Positions 40,899 to 51,494 of a stretch of DNA of 64,000 nt are shown piece after piece. Position 1 is the first letter of the stretch, and each line of letters begins with the position of its first letter. The position numbers and the translations under genes were made by a program. A model generated the notes under the pieces. That model worked only from the letters and a program-made list of their open reading frames with translations, ran no database searches and was not told the DNA's origin. The stretch lies in the NCBI RefSeq assembly GCF_054482595.1, contig NZ_CM137008.1; one strand, written 5' to 3'.

Positions 40899-42378
40899 CA
40901 CCATTCCGTCGAATACGCTGGTTCCGCTGTTTTATGCGGAAATGGATAACTCGGCGGCAAATACTGTACAGGACAGCGGGGCATCGTTGCTGATTGGTCA
41001 CGCCAATAACGGTGCAGAGATTGTTGCCAACAGTCTGGTGCTGATGCCGTCGGCAGACTATGCACGCCAGATTTGTGGTGCGGGAAGTCAGCTGGCGCGT
41101 ATGGTCGAGGCTTATCGCCAGACCGACCCGTTTGGCGAGCTGTATGTGATTGCCGTTCCGGAAGCCACAGGCGCAGCGGCAACGGTTACGCTGACGGTGA
41201 CCGGGGCGGCAACCGAGACCGGCACGGTGAATGTTTATGTGGGACGTACCCGCGTGCAGACACCGGTGACCAACGGCGATAACGTCACGACGATTGCCAG
41301 CAGTATCAAAGATGCCATCAATGCCGTTCCGGCCCTGCCGTTTACGGCCTCATCTTCGGCAGGCGTGGTCACGCTGACCGCGCGTCATAAGGGGCTTTGC
41401 GGGAATGAAATTCCTGTCAGCCTCAATTACTACGGCTTTGGTGGGGGCGAAGTGCTGCCAGCGGGCGTACAGATTGCCGTGGCGACGGGGACCGCCGGAA
41501 CGGGCGCTCCGGTTCTCACCGGCGCGGTGGCTGCAATGGCGGATGAGCCGTTTGATTATATCTGCCTGCCGTTCAACGACACGGCCTCCGTTAACACGCT
41601 GGTGACCGAAATGAACGATACCAGCGGTCGCTGGAGCTATGCGCGTCAGCTGTATGGCCATGTGTATACGGCAAAGACCGGCACGCTGTCAGAACTGGTG
41701 ACCGCAGGTGACCAGTTTAACCAGCAGCACATTACCCTGGCGGGGTACGAAAAAGACACCCAGACGCCTGCCGACGAGCTGGCGGCAAGCCGTACCGCCC
41801 GCGCAGCGGTGTTTATCCGCAACGATCCGGCACGTCCCACGCAGACCGGTGAGCTGGTGGGAATGCTGCCTGCGCCGAAGGGGAAACGGTTCACGATGAC
41901 CGAACAACAGACCCTGCTGTCTCATGGCGTGGCAACGGCGTATGTCGAAAGCGGGGTGCTGCGCATTCAGCGTGATGTCACCACGTACAGGAAAAACGCT
42001 TACGGGGTTGCGGATAACAGCTACCTCGACAGCGAGACGCTGCACACCAGTGCGTATGTACTGCGCAAACTGAAATCCGTCATTACCAGTAAGTACGGGC
42101 GTCACAAGCTTGCCAGTGACGGTACCCGCTTTGGTCCCGGTCAGGCGATTGTCACCCCGGCGGTGATTAAAGGGGAACTGCTGGCAACCTACCGTCAGCT
42201 CGAGCGTGCGGGGATCGTGGAAAACTACGAACTGTTCAAGCAGTACCTGGTTGTGGAGCGTGATGCCAGCGATCCGAACCGCCTGAACACGCTGTTCCCG
42301 CCTGACTATGTTAACCAGTTGCGTGTCTTTGCCGTGGTTAACCAGTTCCGTCTTCAGTATTCAGAGGAGTCTGCATAA
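40882..42378 (+). CDS. contractile tail sheath protein
   Basis: The 498-aa ORF is followed by the tube gene. Confidence 0.9.
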   Translation: MTISFNTIPSNTLVPLFYAEMDNSAANTVQDSGASLLIGHANNGAEIVANSLVLMPSADYARQICGAGSQLARMVEAYRQTDPFGELYVIAVPEATGAAATVTLTVTGAATETGTVNVYVGRTRVQTPVTNGDNVTTIASSIKDAINAVPALPFTASSSAGVVTLTARHKGLCGNEIPVSLNYYGFGGGEVLPAGVQIAVATGTAGTGAPVLTGAVAAMADEPFDYICLPFNDTASVNTLVTEMNDTSGRWSYARQLYGHVYTAKTGTLSELVTAGDQFNQQHITLAGYEKDTQTPADELAASRTARAAVFIRNDPARPTQTGELVGMLPAPKGKRFTMTEQQTLLSHGVATAYVESGVLRIQRDVTTYRKNAYGVADNSYLDSETLHTSAYVLRKLKSVITSKYGRHKLASDGTRFGPGQAIVTPAVIKGELLATYRQLERAGIVENYELFKQYLVVERDASDPNRLNTLFPPDYVNQLRVFAVVNQFRLQYSEESA

Positions 42379-42734
42379 TGGCCCGTATCGGGGGAACCTG
42401 TTATTTCAAAATTGACGGTCAGCAGCTATCGCTGACCGGCGGCATTGAGGTGCCCATGAACAGGACGGTCAATGATGACATCATCGGCCTGGACGGTTCA
42501 GTGGACCGCAAGGAAACTCACCGTGCGCCTTATGTCAAAGGGACCTTCAAGGTGCCGAAGAATTTTCCGGTGAGCAAAATCACCTCGTCTGATGAGATGA
42601 CCATCACTGCCGAGCTGGCGAACGGTCAGGTCTATGTACTGTCGTCTGCCTGGCTGCACGGCGAAGCGAACCATAATGCCGAAGAAGGCACGGTCGATCT
42701 TGAGTTCCACGGTGAAGAAGGGGATTACCAGTAA
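42378..42734 (+). CDS. tail tube protein
   Basis: The 118-aa ORF has an ATAATG coupling to the sheath gene. Confidence 0.85.
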   Translation: MARIGGTCYFKIDGQQLSLTGGIEVPMNRTVNDDIIGLDGSVDRKETHRAPYVKGTFKVPKNFPVSKITSSDEMTITAELANGQVYVLSSAWLHGEANHNAEEGTVDLEFHGEEGDYQ

Positions 42735-43152
42735 TGAAAGAGCTTGAGTTAAAGAAACCGATTACCGCTCATGGCGAGACACTCTCCGTACTGGAGTTTG
42801 ATGAGCCCACCGGGAAAGATGTCCGCGAGCTGGGGTATCCCTACCAGATGAATCAGGATGAGTCCGTCAGACTTCTGGCGCATGTGGTATCGAAATACAT
42901 TGTGCGGCTGGCGAAAGTGCCGCAAAGCTCTGTCGACCAGATGTCTCCGGCAGACCTGAATGCAGCGGCGTGGCTTGTGGCTGGTTTTTTCCTCCAGGCC
43001 TGACGGCTGAATACCTCACTGATCGCTTCTTTGACTGCGCCAGCTACTGGCGCATTAATCCCTTCGAATTGCTGAATATGCCGATCAGTGAAATTCCCTT
43101 GCTGGTCAGTCAGGCAAACAGGATAGAGCAGGAGAAACGCACACATGGCTGA
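42734..43152 (+). CDS. tail assembly chaperone pair with a predicted -1 programmed frameshift (short form ends at 43003)
   Basis: The slippery heptamer T_TTT_TTC lies at 42985-42991 in the zero frame. The downstream ORF 42970-43152 is in the -1 frame. The pair sits upstream of the tape measure gene. Confidence 0.75.
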
Positions 43153-44977
43153 ATTTGAGCTTAAGGCGTTGATCACCGGTGTCGACAGGCTTTCTCCCGC
43201 GCTGTCGAAAATGCAAAAGAAAATCCGGGGATTTAAACGCCAGGCGGAAGAAGCGTCACAGGGTGGGCTGGCGCTTGGTGGCGGACTGGCAGCGGGTCTG
43301 ACGCTTTCCCTGAAATCTTATGCCGATCAGGAAAACGCCGCCACCGGGCTGAAAGTCGCCATGATGGATGCGAACGGCGAGGTCGGAAAGAGCTTTCAGG
43401 ACATCAATAAACTGGCTATTGGCCTGGGTAACCAGCTACCCGGTACAACGGCTGATTTTCAGAACATGATGCAGATGCTGGTGCGTCAGGGGATCCCGGC
43501 AGAAAACATTCTTGGCGGTGTGGGTAAAGCGACGGCTTATCTTGCGGTACAACTGAAAAAAACACCGGAAGCGGCTGCTGAGTTTGCCGCAAAGATGCAG
43601 GATGCTACAGGAACGGCGTCAGAAGACATGATGGGGCTGTTCGACACTATCCAGAAAGCGTTTTATCTGGGCGTTGACGATACCAACATGTTGTCCTTCT
43701 TCACTAAAACCAGTTCTGTTCTGAAGATGGTGAATAAGGACGGTCTTCAGGCTGCACAGAGCCTTGCCCCTATCAGCGTCATGATGGATCAGATGGGGAT
43801 GAACGGGGAGTCGGCAGGTAATGCCCTGCGAAAAGTTATCCAGTCCGGATTAAGCGTTAAGAAAATCAGGGACGTCAATAAAGTCATGGCCCGCCAGAAA
43901 CTCGGAGTGCAGCTCGATTTTACTGACGGCAAAGGGAGTTTTGGCGGTCTTGATAACATGTTTAAGCAACTGGCAAAGCTGCGAAAACTGACCGACGTTA
44001 AGCGAACCGGTGTACTTAAGGCAATATTTGGTGATGATGCTGAAACCCTTCAGGTGGTCAATGCTCTGATCGATAAAGGAAAGGATGGTTACGATCAGAT
44101 CCAGCAGAAGATGAATAAACAGGCCAGCCTGAATAAACGTGTTCAGGCACAGCTTGGTACGCTGTCCAACCTGTGGGAGGCAATGACGGGGACCGCAACT
44201 AACGGTCTTGCAGCTATTGGCGGCGCATTTTCTGGTGACGCCAAAAATATCACGCAATGGCTGGGGGAGTTAGGGGAAAAATTCACGAAGTTTGCGGATG
44301 AAAATCCCAGGGTTATTCGCGGCGTCGTCGGGCTTGCTGCCGGTCTTGCGATTCTGAAACTGGGATTGATGGGCGTTGGCGGTGCCATCAGTATTGTCAG
44401 CAGGATTATGTCGATGACGCCGATTGGCATGATTGCGACGGCGATAGCCCTGGCTGCGGGATTAATTATCACTAACTGGGATGTTGTCGGACCTTATTTT
44501 AAGAAACTCTGGGAAACCATTGGTCCTTATTTTGAGGCTGGCTGGGAACTTCTTAAGAAGGTTTTTGCCTGGTCGCCGCTGGGGATAGTGATCAATAACT
44601 GGGGACCGGTTGTTAAGTGGTTTCAGGATATGTGGGACAAGCTGAAGCCAATTATTGAGTGGTTTACCGACAGTTCCGGTGACACGGTCGATGCCATTAA
44701 CTCTGCGCAGTGGGGCGCGGGTGCTTATGATGCTTATGGGACGGGAATACCGGCGCGGGGATACACACCTTATCCGGCGGTAGATCCGGCTCAGTCAAAC
44801 AACGCCTCCGATGCCACAGGCCCGAATCCCTTCATGATTAACAAAGCTATCGCGCCAAAAGTTGATGGCGAGATCAAGGTTTCATTTATGAATATGCCAC
44901 CAGGTATGCGGGTTACGGAAACACGTTCCAGTGGCATTGATATTAATCACGATGTTGGGTACACCAGATTTAGGTAA
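43145..44977 (+). CDS. tail tape measure protein
   Basis: The 610-aa ORF is helical, has a hydrophobic central segment and sits in the expected position. Confidence 0.9.
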   Translation: MAEFELKALITGVDRLSPALSKMQKKIRGFKRQAEEASQGGLALGGGLAAGLTLSLKSYADQENAATGLKVAMMDANGEVGKSFQDINKLAIGLGNQLPGTTADFQNMMQMLVRQGIPAENILGGVGKATAYLAVQLKKTPEAAAEFAAKMQDATGTASEDMMGLFDTIQKAFYLGVDDTNMLSFFTKTSSVLKMVNKDGLQAAQSLAPISVMMDQMGMNGESAGNALRKVIQSGLSVKKIRDVNKVMARQKLGVQLDFTDGKGSFGGLDNMFKQLAKLRKLTDVKRTGVLKAIFGDDAETLQVVNALIDKGKDGYDQIQQKMNKQASLNKRVQAQLGTLSNLWEAMTGTATNGLAAIGGAFSGDAKNITQWLGELGEKFTKFADENPRVIRGVVGLAAGLAILKLGLMGVGGAISIVSRIMSMTPIGMIATAIALAAGLIITNWDVVGPYFKKLWETIGPYFEAGWELLKKVFAWSPLGIVINNWGPVVKWFQDMWDKLKPIIEWFTDSSGDTVDAINSAQWGAGAYDAYGTGIPARGYTPYPAVDPAQSNNASDATGPNPFMINKAIAPKVDGEIKVSFMNMPPGMRVTETRSSGIDINHDVGYTRFR

Positions 44978-44984
44978 AGACGAA

Positions 44985-45006
44985 CAGGGAGGGCCGCCCC
45001 TCCCTG
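44985..45006. terminator. GC hairpin between convergent tape-measure and moron genes
   Basis: The hairpin is CAGGGAGGGccgcCCCTCCCTG. Confidence 0.6.
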
Positions 45007-45009
45007 AAC

Positions 45010-45456
45010 TTACTGTGCGAACACGCAATTTCGGCCTGATGGGGAGCCGACAATTCTGGACATTTTTTCGCAAATAACAGTTACTTGTTCTCCTTTTTTA
45101 AGAGCAGCAGCTGTTGATTTTTCAGAGTCTTGCATTTCCATTCTTGCTGGCATGAATTCATTTTCAGTTCTGAATTTAATAATTATAGAGTCAGTAAAGT
45201 CCTTATCAATGGATTGTACGATACCTCTAACGGCGATTAATTTACCTTGTAACTGTTCATCGGTAGCGACTTCATTTTCTTCATACTGTTTAAACAGCTG
45301 TCGAGCAGTAGTGTTGTAGATTTCTTTTTGCGGTGCCGCAGCTTCCGTATCGGATGAGTATGAAGAATTAGAGCCTTTATCGTTATTGCCTGCAAAATAT
45401 CCAATAATCACCAACCCGATGAAAATATATAAAATCCATTTTAATAATTTCTTCAT
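45010..45456 (-). CDS. membrane-anchored OB-fold (tRNA_anti-like) protein, moron
   Basis: The 148-aa ORF is AT-rich and lies on the opposite strand within the tail operon. It has an N-terminal TM helix. The pattern QLFKQYEENEVATDEQLQGKLIAVRGIVQSIDKD ... KKGEQVTVICE fits the family as I recall it. Confidence 0.7.
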   Translation of the reverse strand: MKKLLKWILYIFIGLVIIGYFAGNNDKGSNSSYSSDTEAAAPQKEIYNTTARQLFKQYEENEVATDEQLQGKLIAVRGIVQSIDKDFTDSIIIKFRTENEFMPARMEMQDSEKSTAAALKKGEQVTVICEKMSRIVGSPSGRNCVFAQ

Positions 45457-45566
45457 GTTATCACCTTAATGCTAATAATTTATATAGTTACAAATGGTAA
45501 TGGCTACCACTACAAATTATGGCATTACCAGTAAATATTACTACTGATAATAAATATGGGACTTAT

Positions 45567-46895
45567 ATGACGTGGAAAGACAGGCTTCAGGATGCGTCAT
45601 TTCGCAGCGTGCCGTTTAAGGTTGAAGAAGAAAGTGCGGGAACCGGTCGTCGTGTGGAAACACATGAATACCCGAACCGCGACAAACCCTATACCGAAGA
45701 CCTGGGGAAAATCACTTTCCGCCCGTCCATCACGGCTTATGTGGTGGGAGATGACTGCTTTGACCAGCGTGATCGCCTGATTGAAGCGCTGAATAAACCC
45801 GGTCCCGGCACGCTTGTCCATCCGACATACGGTGAGTTGAAAGTCTGTGTTGACGGGGAAGTTCGGGTCAGCACATCGAAGAGTGAAGGGCGTATTGTCC
45901 GCTTTGACCTGAAGTTTGTCGAAGCGGGAGAACTCTCTTACCCCACATCAGGCGTGGCGACGGCGCAGACGCTGATGTCATCCTGTTCTGCACTGGATGA
46001 CTGCATCAGTGACAGCTTCAGCGGTTTCAGTATCGATGGCGTGGCGGATTTTGTGCAGAACGACGTTATCGGTAATGCCAGCACAATGCTTGGGTATGTT
46101 TCTGATGCGATGAAAGTGGTGGATTCTGCTGTATCGGATGCCGCCAGGCTGTTGCAGGGGGATATCTCGGTACTTATGCCGCCGCCATCGTCAGGAAAAA
46201 ATTTCGTTGAGCAGGTGCAGAAAATGTGGCGTACCGGAAAACGCCTTTATGGTAACGCCAGCGACCTGGTCACCATGATCAAAACGCTTTCTGGTGTCAG
46301 CCTCGGCAGCGATTTGCAACCGCGCGGCGTCTGGAAAACGGACAGTAAAACCACCGCCACAGCGACGCAGCAGCGTAACATGGTTGCCAGCACCCTTCGT
46401 ACGACTGCAATCAGCGAAGCGGCGTATGCCGTTACCCGATTGCCTGCGCCAACAACTTCTGCGGTGATGCAGAATGCCGCAGTGGGGCAGTCAACAACAC
46501 CCGCGCAGAGCTCCGGCTGGCCTGCCGTCACGCATCCGGTGCTGAACAATGCACCGGCGGTGAAAAACACGGTTGACCTGCCAACGTGGGAAGAACTGAC
46601 CGACATTCGCGACACACTGAATACGGCAATTGATAAGGAGTTGTCCCGTACAACCAGTGATGCGCTGTTTCTGGCGCTGCGCCGGGTGAAAGCAGATCTG
46701 AATGCGGATATCAACACGCGCCTTGAACAGTCTGCTCGGATCATTCAGCGCACGCCGGATGAGGTTTTACCCGCGCTGGTGCTGGCGGCGACCTGGTTTG
46801 ATAACGCGGCGCGTGACGCGGACATTATCCGGCGTAATGCCATTACGCATCCCGGTTTTGTGCCGGTGATCCCTCTGAAGGTGCCAGTGCAATGA
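45567..46895 (+). CDS. DNA circulation protein (Mu gp43/N-like)
   Basis: The start was chosen at MTWKDRLQDASFRSVPF. An alternative start lies at 45519. Confidence 0.8.
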   Translation: MTWKDRLQDASFRSVPFKVEEESAGTGRRVETHEYPNRDKPYTEDLGKITFRPSITAYVVGDDCFDQRDRLIEALNKPGPGTLVHPTYGELKVCVDGEVRVSTSKSEGRIVRFDLKFVEAGELSYPTSGVATAQTLMSSCSALDDCISDSFSGFSIDGVADFVQNDVIGNASTMLGYVSDAMKVVDSAVSDAARLLQGDISVLMPPPSSGKNFVEQVQKMWRTGKRLYGNASDLVTMIKTLSGVSLGSDLQPRGVWKTDSKTTATATQQRNMVASTLRTTAISEAAYAVTRLPAPTTSAVMQNAAVGQSTTPAQSSGWPAVTHPVLNNAPAVKNTVDLPTWEELTDIRDTLNTAIDKELSRTTSDALFLALRRVKADLNADINTRLEQSARIIQRTPDEVLPALVLAATWFDNAARDADIIRRNAITHPGFVPVIPLKVPVQ

Positions 46896-47971
46896 ACGAC
46901 AATGTCACGCTACGGGTAAATGGCCGGGAGTGGAATGGCTGGACATCGGTGCGCATCGGTGCCGGTATTGAACGGCTGGCACGGGATTTCAGTGTGGAGA
47001 TCACCCGCCAGTGGCCGGGAGATGAGGGTATCACCACGCTTCAGCCGCGTATTAAAAACGGTTCAAAAGTGGAAGTTCTGATTAGTGATGAACTGGTGAT
47101 CACCGGCTGGGTGGAGGCGACGCCCGTTCGTTACGATGCCCGTTCGGTCAGCACCGGTATTGCCGGACGCAGTCTGACCGCTGACCTGATTGACTGTGCA
47201 GCCGAACCGACACAGTTTAACGGACGATCGCTGGTACAGATTGCGCAGGCGCTTGCTGCGCCTTTCGGCATTGAGGTGGTGAACAACGGTGCGCCGTCGG
47301 GCGTTATTCCTGATGTCCAGCCTGATCACGGCGAAACGGTGATTGAGGTGATCAACAAAATACTCGGTCAGCAGCAGGCACTGGCTTACGACGACCCGCA
47401 CGGCAGGCTGGTGATTGGCGGTATTGGCTCAACGCGGGCACATACCGCGCTTGTACTCGGGGAAAACATCCTTTCCTGCGATACGGAGAAGAGTATCCGG
47501 GAGCGGTTTTCTGTTTACCAGGTGGCGGGGCAGCGTGCCGGAAACGACGATGATTTCGGTGAGGCCACCACCACCGCGCTGCGGGCCCGCACAGAGGACG
47601 CATTTATTTCCCGTTACCGTCCGATGTATATCAGGCAGACAGGGCAGGCCACGGGGGCAGGCTGTATTGCCCGTGCTGACTTTGAAGCCCGACAACGGGC
47701 GGCGCGGACGGATGAAACCACCTATGTGGTGCAGGGCTGGCGACAGGGTAACGGTACGCTGTGGCAGCCCAACCAGCGGGTGATTGTCTTCGATCCGGTC
47801 TGTGGTTTCGACAATACCGAACTGCTTGTCTCGGAAGTCACGTTTACTCTGGACCAGAACGGCACCCTGACGGAAATCCGTGTCGGCCCACCTGATGCTT
47901 ATCTGCCTGAACCCGAAGCCCCCGGCGCGCGGAAAAAGAAAAAAGCCAGAGTACAGGAGGACCCGTTCTGA
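46892..47971 (+). CDS. baseplate hub protein (Mu gp44/P-like)
   Basis: The 359-aa ORF fits the Mu-type baseplate gene order. Confidence 0.8.
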   Translation: MNDNVTLRVNGREWNGWTSVRIGAGIERLARDFSVEITRQWPGDEGITTLQPRIKNGSKVEVLISDELVITGWVEATPVRYDARSVSTGIAGRSLTADLIDCAAEPTQFNGRSLVQIAQALAAPFGIEVVNNGAPSGVIPDVQPDHGETVIEVINKILGQQQALAYDDPHGRLVIGGIGSTRAHTALVLGENILSCDTEKSIRERFSVYQVAGQRAGNDDDFGEATTTALRARTEDAFISRYRPMYIRQTGQATGAGCIARADFEARQRAARTDETTYVVQGWRQGNGTLWQPNQRVIVFDPVCGFDNTELLVSEVTFTLDQNGTLTEIRVGPPDAYLPEPEAPGARKKKKARVQEDPF

Positions 47972-48519
47972 TGAGTACGATTGAAGCCATGCAGCGACAA
48001 CTCCTCGGCCTGATTGGGCGGGCCGTGGTGAAAAGCATCAGTGCCGCCACGAAATGTCAGACCGTGGATGTGTCCCTGATTGCCGGTGAACCCAAAGCCG
48101 GGGTTGAACATCTTGAACCCTACGGTTTTACCGCAAGGGCAAACAGCGGTGCGGAAGCGGTGGTGTTGTTTCCGGATGGCGACCGTTCTCATGCGGTGGT
48201 TGTTACGGTGTCGGACCGGCGCTACCGCCTGAAAGGGCTGCAGACGGGTGAGGTGGCTGTCTATGACGATCAGGGGCAGTCCGTGACACTGACCCGGGAG
48301 GGGATCGTGGTGGACGGTGCAGGTAAAACGATCACGTTTTGCAATTCACCTAAAGCACGTTTTGAAATGGACCTTGAAGTGACCGGACAGGTGAAAGACC
48401 TGTGCGACTCCGGCGGCACCACCATGTCAGCGATGCGGCTTGCCTATAACGGGCATCGTCACAGAGAGAACGGTCAGGGCAGTAACACCGACAAACCTGA
48501 TAAAGCGATGGAGGCATGA
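47971..48519 (+). CDS. baseplate spike / assembly protein V (Mu gp45-like)
   Basis: The 182-aa ORF has the order and size expected for this gene. Confidence 0.8.
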   Translation: MSTIEAMQRQLLGLIGRAVVKSISAATKCQTVDVSLIAGEPKAGVEHLEPYGFTARANSGAEAVVLFPDGDRSHAVVVTVSDRRYRLKGLQTGEVAVYDDQGQSVTLTREGIVVDGAGKTITFCNSPKARFEMDLEVTGQVKDLCDSGGTTMSAMRLAYNGHRHRENGQGSNTDKPDKAMEA

Positions 48520-48944
48520 TGGAACTGTGGCTGACGGTGAACGGTAAACGCACCTGCGCCAGCGCACCGCTGGATCCGCTGACCCGCGCCGTGGTGATTT
48601 CCATGTTTACCTGGCGGCGGGCGGAGCCTGATGACAATGCCGACGTCCCGATGGGATGGTGGGGGGATACCTGGCCTGCGGTACAGAATGACCGTTACGG
48701 CTCCCGACTGTGGCTGCTTCAGCGCAGCAAACTGACCAATCAACTGGTGCAGACGGTAAGGGGGTATATCCGCGAATGCCTGCAATGGATGATTGATGAC
48801 GGCGTGGTGTCCCGTATTGATCTGGATATCCGCCGCACCGGGATTAATGAACTGGGTAACAGTATCACTCTCTGGCGTCGTGACGGACCGGTAATGATTT
48901 CTTTTGATGATCTGTGGAGTGCGATAACGCATGGCGGACAGTGA
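48516..48944 (+). CDS. baseplate protein (Mu gp46-like)
   Basis: The 142-aa ORF has the order and size expected for this gene. Confidence 0.75.
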   Translation: MMELWLTVNGKRTCASAPLDPLTRAVVISMFTWRRAEPDDNADVPMGWWGDTWPAVQNDRYGSRLWLLQRSKLTNQLVQTVRGYIRECLQWMIDDGVVSRIDLDIRRTGINELGNSITLWRRDGPVMISFDDLWSAITHGGQ

Positions 48945-49989
48945 ATTTCAGCGCCCGACGCTGGCAGAAAATATCAGTATGCTCCGTAACGATTTATTCG
49001 CCAGGCTGGACGTCAGCGACACGCTCCGGCGCATGGATGAAGACGTGCGGGCAAAGGTGTATGCGGCGGCGCTGCATACGGTTTACGGGTACATCGATTA
49101 TCTGGCAATGAACATGCTGCCTGATCTGTGCGATGAGTCCTGGCTGGCGCGACATGCTGCGATGAAACGGTGTCCGCGCAAGGGGGCCACGGCTGCCAGC
49201 GGGTATATGCGCTGGGAAGGTGTCAGCGATGGCCTGAAGGTGACCGCCGGAAGTGTTATTCAGCGCGATGACCTGGTTCAGTACACGGCAACTGCCGATG
49301 CAACCAGCACCGGTGGTGTCCTGCGCGTGCCGATCGCCTGCTCAAGTGCAGGCGCGGTCGGTAACGCTGACGACGGTACGTCATTAATTTTGGTCACGCC
49401 GGTTAATGGTCTGCCGTCTTCCGGCGAGGCAGATACCCTGACAGGTGGATTTGATACTGAAGAGCTGGAAACGTGGCGCGCCCGCGTCATTGAGCGGTAT
49501 TACTGGACGCCTCAGGGCGGGGCTGACGGGGACTATGTCGTCTGGGCTAAAGAAGTGCCCGGCATTACCCGCGCATGGACATACCGACACTGGATGGGAA
49601 CGGGGACTGTCGGTGTGATGATTGCCAGCAGTGACCTGATTAACCCCATTCCGGAAGAATCAACGGAAACGGCGGCAAGACAACATATCGAGCCACTGGC
49701 CCCGGTGGCAGGCTCTGATTTGTATGTATTCAGGCCGGTGGCGCACAAAGTGGATTTTCATATCCGCGTGACGCCGGACACACCGGAAATACGGGCTGCC
49801 ATCACCGCGGAGTTGCGTTCATTCCTGCTACGTGATGGTTATCCGCAGGGAGAGCTGAAGGTATCGCGTATCAGTGAAGCGATTTCCGGTGCGAACGGGG
49901 AATACAGCCATCAGTTGCTTGCTCCGGCGGACAATATCTCCATTGCAAAAAATGAACTGGCGGTTCTGGGGACGATTTCATGGACGTGA
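48931..49989 (+). CDS. baseplate J-like wedge protein (Mu gp47-like)
   Basis: The 352-aa ORF has the order and size expected for this gene. Confidence 0.8.
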   Translation: MADSEFQRPTLAENISMLRNDLFARLDVSDTLRRMDEDVRAKVYAAALHTVYGYIDYLAMNMLPDLCDESWLARHAAMKRCPRKGATAASGYMRWEGVSDGLKVTAGSVIQRDDLVQYTATADATSTGGVLRVPIACSSAGAVGNADDGTSLILVTPVNGLPSSGEADTLTGGFDTEELETWRARVIERYYWTPQGGADGDYVVWAKEVPGITRAWTYRHWMGTGTVGVMIASSDLINPIPEESTETAARQHIEPLAPVAGSDLYVFRPVAHKVDFHIRVTPDTPEIRAAITAELRSFLLRDGYPQGELKVSRISEAISGANGEYSHQLLAPADNISIAKNELAVLGTISWT

Positions 49990-50564
49990 CAAACGATGAT
50001 TACATCCGTCTGTTGTCGGCACTGTTGCCCCCTGGTCCGGCGTGGTCAGCCAGCGATCCGGCGATTGCCGGTGCGGCACCGTCATTAACCCGTGCTCATC
50101 AGCGTGCGGATGCCCTGATGCGGGAGCTGGATCCGCGCACCACCACCGAACTGATAAACCGCTGGGAGCGTCTGTGCGGCCTGCCGGATGAATGTATTCC
50201 GGCAGGGACGCAGACCCTTCGCCAGCGTCAGCAACGGCTGGATGCGAAGGTTAACCTGGCGGGCGGCATCAATGAGGATTTTTACCTTGCGCAGCTTGCT
50301 GCCCTGGGCAGACCAGATGCCACCATCACGCGATACGACAAAAGCACGTTCACCTGCTCATCGGCCTGTACTGACGCGGTGAATGCGCCGGAATGGCGGT
50401 ATTACTGGCAGGTCAATATGTCAGCTGCCACCAACACCACCTGGATGACATGTGGCGATCCCTGCGATTCCGCACTGCGTATCTGGGGGGACACCGTTAT
50501 CGAGTGCGTGCTTAACAAACTCTGCCCATCGCATACCTACGTAATTTTTAAATATCCGGAGTAA
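49980..50564 (+). CDS. baseplate/tail protein (Mu gp48-like, DUF2313)
   Basis: The 194-aa ORF has the order and size expected for this gene. Confidence 0.75.
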   Translation: MDVTNDDYIRLLSALLPPGPAWSASDPAIAGAAPSLTRAHQRADALMRELDPRTTTELINRWERLCGLPDECIPAGTQTLRQRQQRLDAKVNLAGGINEDFYLAQLAALGRPDATITRYDKSTFTCSSACTDAVNAPEWRYYWQVNMSAATNTTWMTCGDPCDSALRIWGDTVIECVLNKLCPSHTYVIFKYPE

Positions 50565-50567
50565 TCC

Positions 50568-51494
50568 ATGCATCGTATAGACACGAAAACCGCGCAAAAG
50601 GATAAGTTCGGCGCGGGTAAGAACGGTTTTACCCGTGGTAACCCCCAGACAGGCACGCCTGCCACCGATCTGGATGATGACTACTTTGACATGTTGCAGG
50701 AAGAGCTCTGCAGCGTGGTGGAGGCATCCGGTGCCAGCCTGGAGAAGGGGCGGCATGACCAGCTGCTTACCGCGCTTCGTGCGCTGCTGTTAAGTCGCAA
50801 AAATCCGTTTGGCGATATCAAATCGGACGGCACGGTGAAAACGGCTCTTCAAAACCTTGGTTTGGGAGATACAAGCGGATACGTGGGACGCCGGCTGAGT
50901 ACCCGGGTTTTCACGTCATCAGGTACGTACACCCCGACGCCAGGAACAAAACGGATCAGGGTCACAATAACGGGCGGCGGTGGCGGAGGGGGCGGCTGCA
51001 AGGCTATATCCAATAATGAAACGTTTTTCGGTGCTGGCGGTGGGGCCGGTGGAACAATAATTTCAATAATGACCCCGACACAGAATAGTTATCCAGTCAC
51101 TATCGGCGCAGGTGGGGCCGGTGGTGTTAGTGCGACGAACGGCACCAGGGGCGGGAATAGCGTATTCGCATCGTTAATTGCTCCTGGTGGCGCAGGCGGC
51201 GGAAAGTCAGGAGTCACAAACACAAACGGTGGTAACGGCGGCGTGCCAAGTACTGGCGGTATCAACATCATTGGTGGAAATGGAGGCGACGGTCAGTCCG
51301 GAAATATCGGCGTCAGCGGTGAAGGCGGAACATCGTACTGGGGGGGCGGTGGACGCGCAGGCGCTGGCGGTGGTGTTAGTGGTAAGGCATATGGTTCAGG
51401 TGGCGGTGGCGCATACGATGCCGGTTATAGCGGAACCAGTATGACAGGCGGGAAAGGTGCTGCTGGGATTTGTATTATCGAGGAGTTTGCATAA
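50568..51494 (+). CDS. tail fibre: constant N-terminus fused to the currently expressed glycine-rich variable C-terminus
   Basis: The 308-aa ORF has an [10 protein letters not shown]-terminus typical of e14/Mu S-like fibres. The recombination site lies inside the gene at 50848-50869. Confidence 0.85.
   Translation: MHRIDTKTAQKDKFGAGKNGFTRGNPQTGTPATDLDDDYFDMLQEELCSVVEASGASLEKGRHDQLLTALRALLLSRKNPFGDIKSDGTVKTALQNLGLGDTSGYVGRRLSTRVFTSSGTYTPTPGTKRIRVTITGGGGGGGGCKAISNNETFFGAGGGAGGTIISIMTPTQNSYPVTIGAGGAGGVSATNGTRGGNSVFASLIAPGGAGGGKSGVTNTNGGNGGVPSTGGINIIGGNGGDGQSGNIGVSGEGGTSYWGGGGRAGAGGGVSGKAYGSGGGGAYDAGYSGTSMTGGKGAAGICIIEEFA
50848..50869. repeat. left inverted crossover site of the invertible fibre segment
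   Basis: TTCAAAACCTTGGTTTGGGAGA matches the reverse complement of 52668-52690 (TTCATAAACGTTGGTTTGGGAGA) with 2 mismatches and one 1-nt gap. The Gin/Pin/Hin-type site context fits. Confidence 0.8.

Noticed and set aside
50950-51480. There are glycine-run repeats (GGGGGGGG, GAGGGAGG, GGNGG) at the DNA and protein level.
   Set aside because: They belong to the glycine-rich C-terminal domain of the tail fibre and are not an independent repeat element.
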